This document shows, in pieces, positions 1 through 13,019 of a stretch of DNA of 64,000 nt. Origin of the DNA: Scyliorhinus canicula (taxonomy: Eukaryota); NCBI RefSeq assembly GCF_902713615.1, contig NW_024056010.1, forward strand, positions 1 through 64,000, written 5' to 3'. Within the stretch, counting starts at the first letter, position 1. Each line of letters begins with the position of its first letter. A program made the translations under genes and the position numbers. The notes below the pieces were generated by a model, which was given only the letters and a program-made list of their open reading frames with translations, was not told the DNA's origin and did no database searches.

Positions 1-1069
1 ATGGGCTGAATGGTCTTCTTCTGCAATGTAGATTCTATGATTAACTCTGACCTTGGGTCACTGTCTGTGTGTAGTTTGTACATTCTTCCTGTGTCTGCGT
101 GGATTTCCTCCGGGTGCTCTGGTTTCCTCCCACAGTCCAAAGATGTGGAGGTTAGCTGGATTGGCTGCATTAGATTGTCACTGGGAGGGGTTGTGGGGAT
201 AGGATGGGGAATTTGACAAGGTAGGCTGCTCTTTCAGAGGGTTGTTGCAGACTCGATGGGCCGAATGGCCCCCTGCACTGAGGGGATTCCATGATTCTAC
301 ATTGGATCCAATGATGTGTTCACTCACACACTGCCTGACTCTTATTATGGGAGCAGACACTGTGTTTGTTACTCTCAAAGTGAGTGAATCCTTTGCTGTT
401 TCTCCTCTGGGCCCCATCTCCACTATTATTGTCTGATTGTCCCACTGAGACTCTCACTGTTATTATTGGACAATCAGCGAGTCAGCCTGAGCCAGTGGGT
501 GCTCCGGTTTCCTCCCACAGCCCAAAGATGTGCAGGTTAGGTGGATTGACCATGCTAAATTGCCCTTAGTGTCCAAAGGGTTTGGGTGGGGTTGCTGGGT
601 TGAGGGAACGGTTTGCAAATGTGGCTTTAAATGGGGTGCTCTTTCCAAGGGCCGGTGCAGACTCGATGGGCCAAATCGAGGGACTGCTGATGACGAGGGT
701 CAGTGTGCAGCGGGGGGCATGAGCGGTCATCCTGGACCAGGGAGCAGGAGGGGAGAATGTTGTGAATTTCTATCCTGGACTTACAGTGATTAATTTTGGA
801 AACTCCTTTTACAGGGGATTTGTAGGGGAGGATTTACACACAGCAAATTCAAACCAGGAGAAATGTTTATCTTTCCTGAATTACTATTCTGGACTGACAG
901 TGATGCCTTTGTAAACTTCTTTCACAGGGGCTTAGAAAGGGATTCGCAGACAGGAAACTCACAACCAATCCTCACACCAAATTCTGACAGCACCATTCGC
1001 ATTATCAGGACCTGGAGATTATCGACCTTTGTGTGTAAGCATTGAGTTCAGATCATTATCACTCACTGT

Positions 1070-2050
1070 GTAACATCTCCCCTGCAGATCTTGCTCCCAT
1101 TCTTAAATCTGTGTCCCATAATCCTTTTACAATCTGCTAATGAACAGCTTTTCTTTATCTTTTGCTGGGTTTGCCGTTGTCGTTTCCGGTGCCTGGGTCG
1201 CTGCCGGGTGGTCTGTTCGGTTTCATTCCCTTTTTCCTGTATTTGTCGGGGATGAATGGGCTTGGACCTGTCCATTTAGGATCCAGTACGCAATTAAAAT
1301 TTGCTCCAAGAATCAACCGATGTGTATCCAGGTCTGGGATGGATCCCAACAATTTTTCATACAAATGCCACATCGTCCCAGTTAGAGGCTTAGCCATTCA
1401 CCAGCACCCAATGACCCACTGACCACCTCGTATCTCCCATTAGTGTCCGCAATGATCCTAGTGACCGAAGGAGGGGTCTGTTTATTGATTAGAATTGCAG
1501 CACCTCACGGGCAGCACAGTGGCGCACTGGTTAGCACTGCTGCCTCACAGCGCCGAGGTCCCAGATTCGATCCCGGTCCTGGGTCACTGCCTGTGTGGAG
1601 TTTGCACATTCCCCCCGTATTTGCGTGGGTTTCACCCCCACAACCCACAGATGTGCAGGGTAGGTGCATTGGCCACGCTAAATTGCCCCGTAATTTGAAA
1701 AAATGAATTGGGTATTCTACATTTAGCAGCACATCGAGCCCTTCTATCAAAGCCCGAGTGAAACACTTTGCTCACCCCTCCGCAGTCTGGTCTGATCTCT
1801 AACCTGCAAGTGAGACTCCTGCCAGAACCCCACATCAGCATTTAGATTCTTTAGGTGAGCGAAAACCCTCAACCTCTACATTGGTCCATCCAATGCCTTT
1901 ACGTTCCAGGTGACCAGCTAAATCAGGGGTCTCCCCCACGCCCCATCACGGAATCAACCGTGAGGGACTATCCAGTAAATGTTCAACATGTACAGGCCAA
2001 GAGTCCACCCACGATGGCCGCCACATGTACCCATAGACTCACAGAGTAAA
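1070..2050 (-). mobile_element. Old L1 ORF2 endonuclease fragment interrupted by a SINE
   Basis: LVTWNVK..VFAHLKNLNADV..QESHL..VFHSGFD and ILGANFNCVLDP. The SINE at 1507-1722 is flanked by GCAGCAC direct repeats. Confidence 0.75.
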
Positions 2051-2201
2051 ACAAAAACAATTCTGTAGTCATCAGGTAGCTAACCTGTCTCCCTCCCACC
2101 CCCTATATATCTACATTGTGCTTCATAAAGAAGAAACCATCTCTTTCCTCCCTTCACTCAGAACAGAAAAACAGATTTTATCAGAAAATATCAAAACTAA
2201 A

Positions 2202-2548
2202 GGGGGCAGCAGGGTAGCATTGTGGATAGCACACTCGCTTCACAGCTCCAGGGTCCCAGGTTCGATTCCGGCTTGGGTCACTGTCTGCGCAGAGTCTGCA
2301 CATCCTCCCCGTGTGTGCGTGGGTTTCCTCCGGGTGCTCCGGTTTCCTCCCACAGTCCAAAGATGTGCGGGTTAGGTGGATTGGCCGTGATAAACTGACC
2401 TTACTGTCCAAAATTGCCCTTCGTGTAGGGTGGGGTTACTGGGTTATGGGTATAGGGTGGAGATGTTGACCTTGGGTAGGATGCTCTTTCCAAGAGCCAG
2501 TGCAGACTCGATGGGCCGAATGGCCTCCTTCTGCACTGTAAATTCTAT
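2202..2548 (+). mobile_element. HE1/V-SINE, CR1(HER1)-type tail A
   Basis: tRNA-like head with A/B boxes, V-domain (gtgggtttcctccgggtgctccggtttcctcccacag) and tail gggccgaatggcctccttctgcactgtaaattctatga. Confidence 0.85.
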
Positions 2549-2761
2549 GATCTATATAGAGGTTATCATAACACCCATCCCACCCCACAGGGAACGTAGA
2601 TCTTGTCCAATACAGATAACTGGACCCCAGTCCACGCTTTACAATGTTCGCCTCCTCTGGTTTCTCAAAATGGAAGTCTTTGGACTTGTATGTGAGCTGC
2701 AGCTTTGCTGGGTATACCACCCCAACTCCTTCCTCACCAGCTCGGCTCCCACATCTTGGTA

Positions 2762-3200
<439 letters not shown>

Positions 3201-3220
3201 GAGTGACTCTGTTAAATCTT

Positions 3221-3450
3221 TTTTTTTTAATGTTTTATTTTAGAGTGCCCAATTTAATTTTTCCAATAAAGGGACAATTTAGCGTAGCTAATCCACCTAC
3301 TCTGCGCATTTGTGGTTGGTGGGGGCGAAACCCACGCTGACACTGGGAGAATGTGCAAACTCCACACGGACAGTGACCCAGAGCCGGGATCGAACCTGGG
3401 ACCTCAGTGCCATGAGGCAGCTGTGCTAACCACTAGGCCACCGTGCTCCC
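3221..3450 (-). mobile_element. V-SINE variant with A-rich tail (type D) and 16-bp TSD
   Basis: TSD GACTCTGTTAAATCTT at 3205-3220 and 3452-3467. Confidence 0.85.
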
Positions 3451-3550
3451 CGACTCTGTTAAATCTTGATGTGAAGTTTGATTTGAGTTTCCATCTGTAA
3501 ATCCTCCCCTTGTAATATCCTGTAAAAGGAGTTTATAAAAGTCATCACTA

Positions 3551-3775
3551 GGGGCAGGTACGGTGGCTTAGTGGTTAGCCGAGGACCTGGGTTTGATCCC
3601 GGTTCTGGGTCACTGTCCGTATGGAGTTTGCACATTCTCCCCGTGTCTGTATGGGTGTCGCCTTCACAATCCAAAAAGATTTGCAGGGCAGGTGAATTGG
3701 CCACGCTAAAATTACTCCTTAATTGGGAAAAAAAGAGGAATTGGGTACTCTAAATTGACTTTTTTGTAATTAAAA
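3551..3775 (+). mobile_element. V-SINE type D
   Basis: Head, shortened V-domain and aaatt..ccttaattgg..gggtactctaaatt tail. Confidence 0.75.
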
Positions 3776-4254
3776 CAAACAAAAGCCATCACTGTCAGTC
3801 CAGGATAGAAATTCTGAACAGACAATTCTAGTTTCTCTGGAACATTTTTTCCTCTCTTGTTCCCCCAAAGCTGTAAATCCTGGTCCCACACACTCTCCCT
3901 CCTCCCTGGGTTGAAATCCAAACCCATCTCACCATTTCTTTCCTCCACTCCCAGTTTTCTCCCTCCCTCTCCTCTCCCTGGGTTCAGTTCTCCAGCTCCT
4001 GTCTGCAGACTAACAATAAAACCAATGGGTCTTAGTGGGTGTTTGGGAATCCTCCCCGCCCACCCCCAGGGTTTCCTTCCTTCCCAGAGATAATTGTCCT
4101 CATTGATGAATTGAGCTGAACCTGGAACCACGCTAAATTGCCCCTTAATTGGGAGAAAACAAATGAAGGTTAGCGGCTCCAGAAAGTGTTTCCAACTCCT
4201 CCCACCCATCTCCTTAACAGGTTGACAGATTTATTTGTCTGACTAAAAGAATGG

Positions 4255-4495
4255 TTTTTGGTGGCACAGCGATTAGCACTGCTGCCTTACAGCGCCGAGG
4301 CCCCGGGTTTGATCTCGGCCTCGGTCACTGTCCGTGTGGAGTTTGCACATTCTCCATTTGGAGTTTGCACATTCTCCCTGTGTCTACATGGGTATCATCT
4401 CCACAACCCAAAGATGTGCAGGGTAGGTGGATTGGCCACGCTAAATTGCACCTTAATTGGAAAAACAATAATTGGTTACTCTAAATTTATTTTTA
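4255..4495 (+). mobile_element. V-SINE type D (left arm only)
   Basis: Empty site at ~60590-60615. Confidence 0.75.
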
Positions 4496-4843
4496 AAAGG
4501 GTGTCTCTTTCCTAATGTTCACAATTAAATGGGGTGAGTTCCCCAGGAGATGGCTGACATTTCAGAGGACACTAAATTAATAATGGACAGAGATATGTCT
4601 CGTATTGTTACATGGTACAGATTGGATATATTATTTATGGTTTAGTAATGAAGTAAATGAATTATTATTTCTCTTCTTGTAATATCAGACTGTAGCTACG
4701 TTATAGATTTCCAAACATCTCTTCCCTCAGAGGGTTGTTAGTTTTTGGATTTCTCTTCCACAGGGACCAGTTGTATCTGGGGGTCATTGAATATATTGAA
4801 GCACAAGTTCAATAGATATTTTATTGACGATGGAATGAAGGGT

Positions 4844-5187
4844 TAGAACATAGAACAGTACAGCACAGAACAGGCCCTTCGGCCCTCGATGTTGTGCCGA
4901 GCAATGAACACCCTACTCAAACCCACGTATCCACCCTATACCCGTAACCCAACAACCCCCCCATTAACCTTACTTTTTAGGACACTACAGACAATTTAGC
5001 ATGGCCAATCCACCTAACCCGCACATCTTTGGACTGTGGGAGGAAACCGGAGCACCTGGAGGAAACCCACGCACACACGGGGAGGACGTGCAGACTCCGC
5101 ACAGACAGTGACCCAGCCGGGAATCGAACCTGGGACCCTGGAGCTGTGAAGCATTTATGCTAACCACCATGCTACCGTGCTGCCCCT
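4844..5187 (-). mobile_element. HE1/V-SINE, young CR1-type tail B
   Basis: Near-identical to 45541-45887 and 44893-45214; the tail matches the 3' end of CR1 42031-43898. Confidence 0.88.
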
Positions 5188-6091
5188 TATGGGGTTATGG
5201 GGAACAGGTAGAAAAATAGAGAGAAAGCTGAGATGAAGGATTTCTTGACTCGGGGATGTGGTGAAGTTTTGGAATTCTCTATCCCAGAGGAATGTGGAGC
5301 CTCAGTCATCAGGCATGTTCAAGGCAAAAATTGATAGGTTTCTATGTATTGAAGATATCGAGGGATATGGGATTGTGTGGGAAAATGGTGCTGAAGTAGA
5401 TCGGCCAAGGATCTCATTGAATGGTTGAGCAGACTTGGTGGGCCGAATGGCCTACTCTTGCTCCTATTATAATCTCTGTCCTGGTCAGGAAGCAGTGAGC
5501 TGAGCTTAGATCTGTCAATCAACATGAATCAGCACCTTCAGGAGAATTGGGAGGGTGAATATTAGATACAGCAGAGTGAGAATGGAGGGAGATTGTGTGG
5601 GATGGAGATTTACAGCTTTTGGAGAACTATAGAGAAATAATGTTCCACAGGAACTTGAATTGTCTGTTCTGAATTTCTATCTGTACTAACAACAATGACT
5701 TTTATAAATTGTTTTAAAAGGAAATTGGACGAGGAGGAATTATAGGCAGAAATCTCAAACACCACGTCTCGATGTGACAAACTCACTCGATTCCTTCTGA
5801 TCTGAATATCACTGGGTTCTGAATATCATCGGCAAGAAGGAGAAATGTTTGTCCGATCTATCGGCTTCAGAAGATTTTAAACGTGAATGTGACTGGAAAA
5901 GCACCGAGACCCACACAACACACCCAAGTGAGAGTGTTCCAGTGACTGACTGTGGAAAGAGCTTCAACTAGTTACACAGCCTGAAAAAACATCACCCCAT
6001 TCACAGTGAGGAGAGACAGTGCACATGTTCCGTGTGTAATCAAGGCTTCCACTGATTATCCAATCTGGAGAAACACGAGGAGAGCCAAAAC

Positions 6092-6700
6092 ATGGAAAAA
6101 CCGTGGAAATGTGGGGACTGTCGGAAGGGATACAGATTCCCATGTGAGCTGGAGGTTCATCGACGCAGACATACTGGGGAGAGGCCGTTCACCTGCTCTC
6201 AGTGTGAGATGGTATTCATTGATTCAGCCACCCTGCTGAAGCATCAGCAAGTTCACAATGGGGAGAAGCCATTCACCTGCTCCCTCTGTGGGAATGGCTT
6301 CACACAGTTATCCAGTCTGCAGACACACCAGCGAGTTCACACTGGGGAGAAGCCATTCACCTGCTCTCAGTGTGGGAAGGGATTCCGTACTTCATCCAAC
6401 CTGCGGTGCCATCAGCGAGTTAAAACTGGAGAAACGTCATTCACCTGCTGTCAGTGTGGGGAGAGATTCAGTGATTTATCCAGTCTGCAGGCACACCAGC
6501 GAGTTCACACTGGGGAGAAGCCATTCACCTGCTCTCAGTGTGGGAAGGGATTTCTTGATTCATCCGTCCTGCGGAAACATCAGCGAGTTCACACTGGGGA
6601 GAGACCATTCACCTGCTCCCTCTGTGGGAATGGATTCACACAGTTATCCAGTCTGCAGACACACCAGCGAGTTCACACTGGGGAGAGTCCATCGACCTAA
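6092..6700 (+). CDS. KRAB-less C2H2 zinc-finger ORF, 7 fingers (finger 4 has a His>Lys change), 3'-truncated by a CR1 insertion
   Basis: 202 aa ORF with CxxC-x12-HxxxH repeats and TGEKPF linkers. CR1 3' tail begins ~6715; the remaining fingers resume at ~7650. Confidence 0.75.
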   Translation: MEKPWKCGDCRKGYRFPCELEVHRRRHTGERPFTCSQCEMVFIDSATLLKHQQVHNGEKPFTCSLCGNGFTQLSSLQTHQRVHTGEKPFTCSQCGKGFRTSSNLRCHQRVKTGETSFTCCQCGERFSDLSSLQAHQRVHTGEKPFTCSQCGKGFLDSSVLRKHQRVHTGERPFTCSLCGNGFTQLSSLQTHQRVHTGESPST

Positions 6701-6714
6701 TCTTAAGTGTGGGA

Positions 6715-7225
6715 AGAGATTAGATAGAAACATAGAAAATAGGAGCAGAAAGAGACCATTTGGCCCTTTGCACCTGGTCTGCCATTCATTATGATCGTGG
6801 TTTATCATCCAACTCAATAGCCTAATCCCGCTTTCCCCCCCTCCATATCCTATGATCCCCTTCGCCCTAAGTGCAATATGCACCTGCTTCTTGAAAGCAT
6901 TCATTGCATTGGCCTCAATATTTCCTGTGGTAACAAATTCCACAGGCTCACCACTCTCTGTTTGAAGAAATTACTCCTCGTCTCTGTCTAAATGGTCTAT
7001 CCCGTATCCTCAGACTGCGACCTTGGTTCGGTACCCTCCCACCATCGGCGAAATCTCTCCTCCATCTTCCCTGTCAAGTCCCAACATCACCATTGCAGTT
7101 TGGGGATCTATATACGATGCCCACTAATGTTTTTACCCCTTGCTGTTTCTCAGCTCTACCCACACAGATTCCACACTGTCGGAGCTAATATCCTTCCTCA
7201 CTATTGTTTATTTTCCTCTTTAACC
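6715..7225 (-). mobile_element. Left-arm copy of the same old CR1, with ~1.9 kb internally deleted
   Basis: Sequence at ~7080 joins the equivalents of 57958 and 56040. Confidence 0.75.
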
Positions 7226-7227
7226 AT

Positions 7228-7530
7228 GGGCCTCATGGGTAGCACAGTGGTTAGAACTGTTGCTTCACATCGCCAGGATCCCAGGTTCGATTCCCGGCTT
7301 GGGTCACTGTCTGTGCAGAGTTTACACATTCTCACCGTGTCTGCTGGTTTTCCTCTGGGTGCTCCGGTTTTCTCCCACAAGTCCCAAAAGATGTGCTCTT
7401 GGGTGAACTGGATATCCTGAATTCTCCCTCAATATACTTGAACAGGTGTTGGAATGTGGCGACTAGGGGATTTTTACAGTAACTTCATTGTTGTGTTAAT
7501 GACTTGTGACAAGAATAAAGATTATTATTA
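7228..7530 (+). mobile_element. V-SINE with tail C (L2-like; gtggcgactagggg..cttgtgacaataaagattatta)
   Basis: Paralog 55590-55890; similar copies at 27755-28050, 60205-60480 and 62100-62300. Confidence 0.75.
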
Positions 7531-7649
7531 TCACTGCCACTCCACTGCCTTTTCCTTTTTGTCTGTCCTTCCTAAACACAGAATATATTCAGTTGCCATC
7601 CCTGGTCATCCTGCAGCCATGTCTCCATTCTCCGATGACATTAGATTCG

Positions 7650-7865
7650 TTCACGTCTATTTGCGTGATTCACTCGGTTATGCCGTCTGCAGTCACACCA
7701 GGAAGTTCACACTGTGGAGAGGCCATTCTCCTGCTCTCAATGTGCGAAGGAATTTTGTAATTCACCGCACTTCCGGAGACACCAACAAGTTCACAACCGA
7801 TTACAGGGATTGGATTCTGCTGTTCTTGCTTCTGTTCTCAATTACATCCAGGACTGCATTTTGTT
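7650..7865 (+). pseudogene. Displaced 3' fingers/terminus of the 6092-6700 ZNF gene
   Basis: ERPFSCSQCAKEFCNSPHFRRHQQVH followed by the ZNF 3' module (gattctgctgttcttgc...acatccaggact). Paralog at 55300-55460 (-). Confidence 0.7.
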
Positions 7866-9997
7866 CATTCTGTTGGTCAGTGGGGATGGTCAGAGGGTTT
7901 CTTTCTGCTGGACTGGCCGGTCTCACGACTTCGCCTCCAGTGGGCTGATTCTCTCTGAGCCTTCTTGCGAATATCTGGTTTCACATTTCACAAGGATCAA
8001 AGAGTGAAAGGGTGTTTGGAGGTTACAAGATGTTTCATGACCATTTCTGTTTGGAAACACCCAAAATCATACCACATTGCCATGAAGATAGGCTGTAGTG
8101 GTTACATGGTTCTTTTGTTTAATTTATCTTGGTGCTTCTCACAGAAGAAATTTATTAGGGTATGAGGGGCAAGTTATTTGAGGGGCACTGGGAAACTACA
8201 TTAAATAGTATGGTGGGAGACAGGCAATCACTAATATTTAAGGAATTATTACAGATTTACACAGGGATTGGTTAGCTCAGTTGACTGGATGGCTGGTTTG
8301 TGCTGAGTGACACCAACAGCACAGGTTAAATTCCCACACCGGCTGAGATTAGCCATGGTCTGCATCAGTATTTATGCTCCACATGATCCTCCATCCACCC
8401 ATCTACATCTCCCCACAACCCCCAATCAGCATATCCTATTCCTTTTTCCCTCATGTATGTATCTAGCTTTACGTTCAATGGATTCATGCTCTTCATCTCA
8501 ACCACTCACTGTGGTAACGAGTTCCACATTCTCACCACTCGCTGGGTAAAGAGGTGTCTCTTGAAATTCCTATTGGATTATTGAATCCATTCATAATCTG
8601 AAAGATGTCCATCAGGTTACCCATCAGTCTTCTCTTTTCCAGAAAAAAGCAGCCCCAGCCTTTCCTGAGTGTTAAATGCTCTCAGTTTGTATATTATGAA
8701 TCTTTGTTGCATCTTCTCCAGTGCCTCTATTTCCTTTATCGAAATGGAGATCACCAATGTTGACAGTGCTCCCAGTGTCATTGAACCATCGTTTTAAACA
8801 AGTTGAACATTTCCTCCGTGCTTTTCAATTCTATCCCTCTGGAATGGAACCCTATATATGGGCCCCACACTTTAGGAAAGATGTGAAGTTGAGAGATAGT
8901 GTAGAGGACATTTACGGGAATGGCACCAGAGATGAGGGACTCCAGTTAGTTGGAGTGACTGGAGCAGCTGAATTTCTCTCCTGAAATCACAGCATCTGGA
9001 GGATGGCGAATGGGGCCATTCAGCCCTTTGGGAACGTGTCGGCTCCCTGTGGAGGAAGCCAGTCTGCCCATTGCCCCGTTCTTTCCCCGAATCCCTGTGT
9101 GTTTATTTCTCTGTGCCTGTCCAATTTCCTATTGAGATCCCTCCGTCATCTCTGCATCTCCGACCCTCATAGGCAGTAGGTTCCAGGTCATTACCACTCC
9201 CTTTACATGTACACAAGGCTGCTAGAGCACGGAAAAGTCTATTTGGCCCATTTCTCCTATGCCAGCTCTTTGTGCAGTGACCCATTTAATCCCAGAGTTT
9301 GACGATTTTGTTTTCTTTTTCAGAATGTACCAAATTCCCTTTTGCAAGTCACAGTCCAATGAGATTCCAGCACCATTTATAGCCAGCGCATTCCAAATCA
9401 CAACAACTCGCTGTATTTTACAACAAATAATTGTGCATATGGTGTGTCTGGAGTTTCACAGAGTATTCAAAATGGTGTCAACGCCGTGGTTATTACACAA
9501 AATTAAGACTCAATCTTTGTCAATGATTCTGGTGAGGACACCGAGTGGAATATATGCGGACAATTAGAATAAATCTACATTTCTATCAAACCTCTCACGA
9601 CCACTGGACCTCCTAAAGTGTTTTAAAGCCAATGGAGTACTTTTGAAACATATTCACTGTTGTAATGTAGGAAGCTGTAAGTACGTATGTGTAATCACAT
9701 TTAGTTTCAAAATTGTTACTGTCATTAGTAACAAGGTCAAGGAAGCCCTTTTATACCTCAAACATATGGCTTCCTGCAGCCATTTCACCTTCTGTACCTT
9801 TTCTGTATTAGCCATATATTGATTTCATAGCAAAAAGCAATAATTAAATTAGATTATTCAGTAGTGAACATAGATCGTCATACATGAATTGGTGTGTGAG
9901 GTAGTTATCTTGTAAAGACTAGTTCTTTATTTTAAAAAATAACACTTCCAACCAAAATGTTTCCAGAAACTGTAGAGCTATTAGAATGTGTTGGAAA

Positions 9998-10228
9998 GGG
10001 GCAGCACGGTGGCGCAGTGGGTTAGCCCTGTTGCCTCACGGCGCCGAGGTCCCAGGTTCGATCCCGGCTCTGGGTCACTGTCTGTGTGGAGTTTGCACAT
10101 TCTCCCCGTGTTTGCATGGGTTTCGCCCCCACAACCCAAAGATGTGCAGAGTAGGTGGATTGGCCATGCTAAATTGCCCCTTAATTGGAAAAAATTAATT
10201 GGGTACTCTAAATTTAAAAAAAAAAGAA
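9998..10228 (+). mobile_element. V-SINE type D
   Basis: A-tail; imperfect AGAATGT.TTG.AAA flanking repeat. Confidence 0.82.
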
Positions 10229-11774
10229 TGTTTGAAAAAATAAATTGCTTTATAATTTTGAGAAGTTACAAGACATCATATTCTGCCAATACTATGTGGG
10301 CTGGGCAGTGGAGTAATGGCATTGTTACTGGGCTAGTAATCCAGAGACCCAGGTTAATGCTCTGGGGATCTGGCATCGAATCTGCCTCTGACAGATGCTG
10401 AAATTGAATAAAAGTCTTGAATTAAATGTCTAATGATAACATTCTTGATTGTTGTGAAAACTCACCTGGTTCACTAATGTCCTTCAAGAAATCTACTCTC
10501 CTTATATGGCCTGGCCTACACGTGACTCCAGATCCACAGCAATGTTGTGGTTGATTTGTAAGTGCCCTCTGAAATAGCCTCACAAGACACGCAGTTCAAG
10601 GGCAATTGGAATGAGCAGTAAATACTGGTCCAGCCAGTGACGCCCACCTCCCATGAATGAATAATTTTTAAGGCGGCTCATTGTTCAATCTGAAGATTAG
10701 TAAGAAACTGTCTCTTTGATTGGATTTGATTTATTGTCACGTGTATCGAGGTACAGTGAAAAGTATTGTTCTGCGTACAGTCCAGACAGATCGTTCCATA
10801 CATGAAAAAACAAAGTGCTGATCTTGGCAGTTTGCTCAGTTCACAAAAGAATTTAATGGCTTTGTAGACACCGATTAATATGTTAATCGCCACCCAAAAC
10901 ACACCTAATAGTAATGTATGCTCATATATATATAGTCACAAACGATACTGTAACTGAACTAGAGGAAATGTTAGAGATTTAACTGAACCACATTTTTGAA
11001 AGATTCGGCCTTAATGATGGAGAAACAGGAAAAGCCACTCAGGGAGATGAGGAAATCCAGGCTCAGTGCGGATTTGCTGTCACCCCTCCTTTCTTATACA
11101 TGAACAGTATTTAGGCTGCAGAATGTTTCACACCAAAACACAGAGGGATCAAATATAAGCAACACATAATTCTCAATTCACTTCCATTTAACTATATTAG
11201 ACTTTGTTCAAAGGCTGACTGTGGTCAAACTGAACAAAGATTCATCAGATTTCTGTTACCCAGTGAAACACTTTCTCTTCTTGGTCAGTCATGTTTGCAA
11301 TTCAATGGTGTATATTTCAGTTATTCAGAGTGAAGACTCGAGATCTATTCAATTCAAAATGAAGTCATATATAACAAATAAATATACTGAGGTTCAACAT
11401 TGAATAATGAAACAAATATTGAGTAAAATATTCTGGAGGAAGATAAGAATGATGGACTAATGATTGAACAGAGAGCATTGTTCCATTAGATATTAACTGA
11501 ACAAATGCTAAAGTTCAATATAAGTTCTAGATCTTATGGTCTTACAAGTTGAGGCATCAGTTTTAAAGGAACAGCTGTCTTCATGTGATCAGTGACCTGG
11601 CCTCCCAGCTGAACCATTGAAAGCTGCAGCAAGGCTGTGCAGTTGAATGTTGCACAGATCCATTGGTACTTCACTGCCAGCTGTTTCTGTAGTGTAGCAT
11701 TTATCACATTCACCTAACGTGCAAAAGGTGTCTGATTCGAAATCGGCAGAAGCATTTAATGTTTCTCATTTACG

Positions 11775-12800
11775 ATGTTGAGATGCTGCCATTCGACTGG
11801 GGTGAGCACAGTAAGAAGTCTGACAACACCAGGTTAAAGTCCAACAGGTTTGTTTAGAACCACTAGCTTTCAGAGTGCAGCTCCTTCCTCAGATGAATGA
11901 AGAGGTAGTTTACACAAACATATATACAGAAAAATTCAATGATGCAAGATGGTATTTTAAATGCGAGTCTTTGCAGGAGATTGTGCGAATGGAGAGAGGG
12001 ATAATCACAGGTTAAAGAGGTGTGAATTGTCTCAAACCAGGACAGTTGGTACGATTTTGCAAGCCAAGTCAGATGTTGGGGGGTGAATGTAATGCAACAT
12101 GAATTCATGGTCCCGGTTGAGGCCGTACTCGTGTGCGGAACTTGGCTCGCAGTTTCTGCTCAGCGATTCTGCGTTGTGGCGTGTCCTGAAGGTCACCTTC
12201 GCTTACCCGAAGATCAGAGGCTGAATGCCCTTGACTGCTGAAGTGTTCCCCGACTGGAAAGGAACATTCCTGCCTGGCGATTGTCGCATGATGTCCGTTT
12301 ATCCGCATGGTCTCCCCAATTATCCGCATGGTCTCCCCAATATACAACGCTTTGGGACATCCTTTCCTGCAGCGTATGAGGTAGACAATGTTGGCCAAGT
12401 CGCACGAGTATGTACCACATACCTGGTGCGTGGTGTTCCCACATGGAATGGTGATCCCTATGTTGATGATCTGGCACAACTTGCAGAGGTTGCCATGGCA
12501 GGGTTGTGTGGTATTGTGGTCGCTGTTCTTCTAAAGGCTGTGTTGCTGCAAACAATCGTCTGAGGTTGTGCGATTGTTTGAAGGCAGGAGGGGTGTGGGG
12601 ATGGCCTTGGCAAGATGTTCATCTTCATCGATGACGTGTCGAAGGCTGCGAAGATGTTGTAGTTTCTCCGCTCCAGGAAATTCATCAGGCAAATGAGGTT
12701 CCGGGAGTTCTTCCACAGACCCCAAGAGGCCGACAGCGAACCCAATGAAACAACCAATGAACCGGAACAGCAGACTGAGAGATCTGTGAGGCTGGAAGAT
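11775..12800 (-). mobile_element. Older Penelope 3' fragment (minus strand, 11775-12675) fused to an inverted N-terminal piece (12676-12800, plus strand)
   Basis: GIY-YIG remnant (ORF 12105-12479) and pLTR; MRFREFFHRPQEADSEP on the opposite strand. The same structure occurs at 49790-50790. Confidence 0.85.
11861..11895 (-). ncRNA. Minimal type I hammerhead ribozyme
   Basis: cau-CUGAGGA-a-GGAG(cugca)CUCU-GAAA-GC-UA-gug; paralog of 50666-50700. Confidence 0.65.
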
Positions 12801-13019
12801 CCAACCAGCAGGAAGGTCTGGAAAACCCCACCCATTGAAACAATCCGATCAGCTGATTCTACAGCTCCTCTTCCACTAAACCACTCAGTAAAACTACCTC
12901 GAAGACCTTTCTTGCCCAAATTCTGAACTCACAACTTTCTCTCTTTTCCTGTTGTCTCCCATCATACTCTCTCAGAGCTCATCCTGTCTCTGATACTTAC
13001 CTTTTGCGCCTTTGGCTCG

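Noticed and set aside
2202-2275. tRNA genes at SINE heads
   Set aside because: A/B boxes run into V-domain and LINE tails; no acceptor stem or cloverleaf.
6258-6794. Long alternate-frame ORFs over the ZNF genes (also 58278-59105)
   Set aside because: Shadow frames of 84-nt finger repeats.
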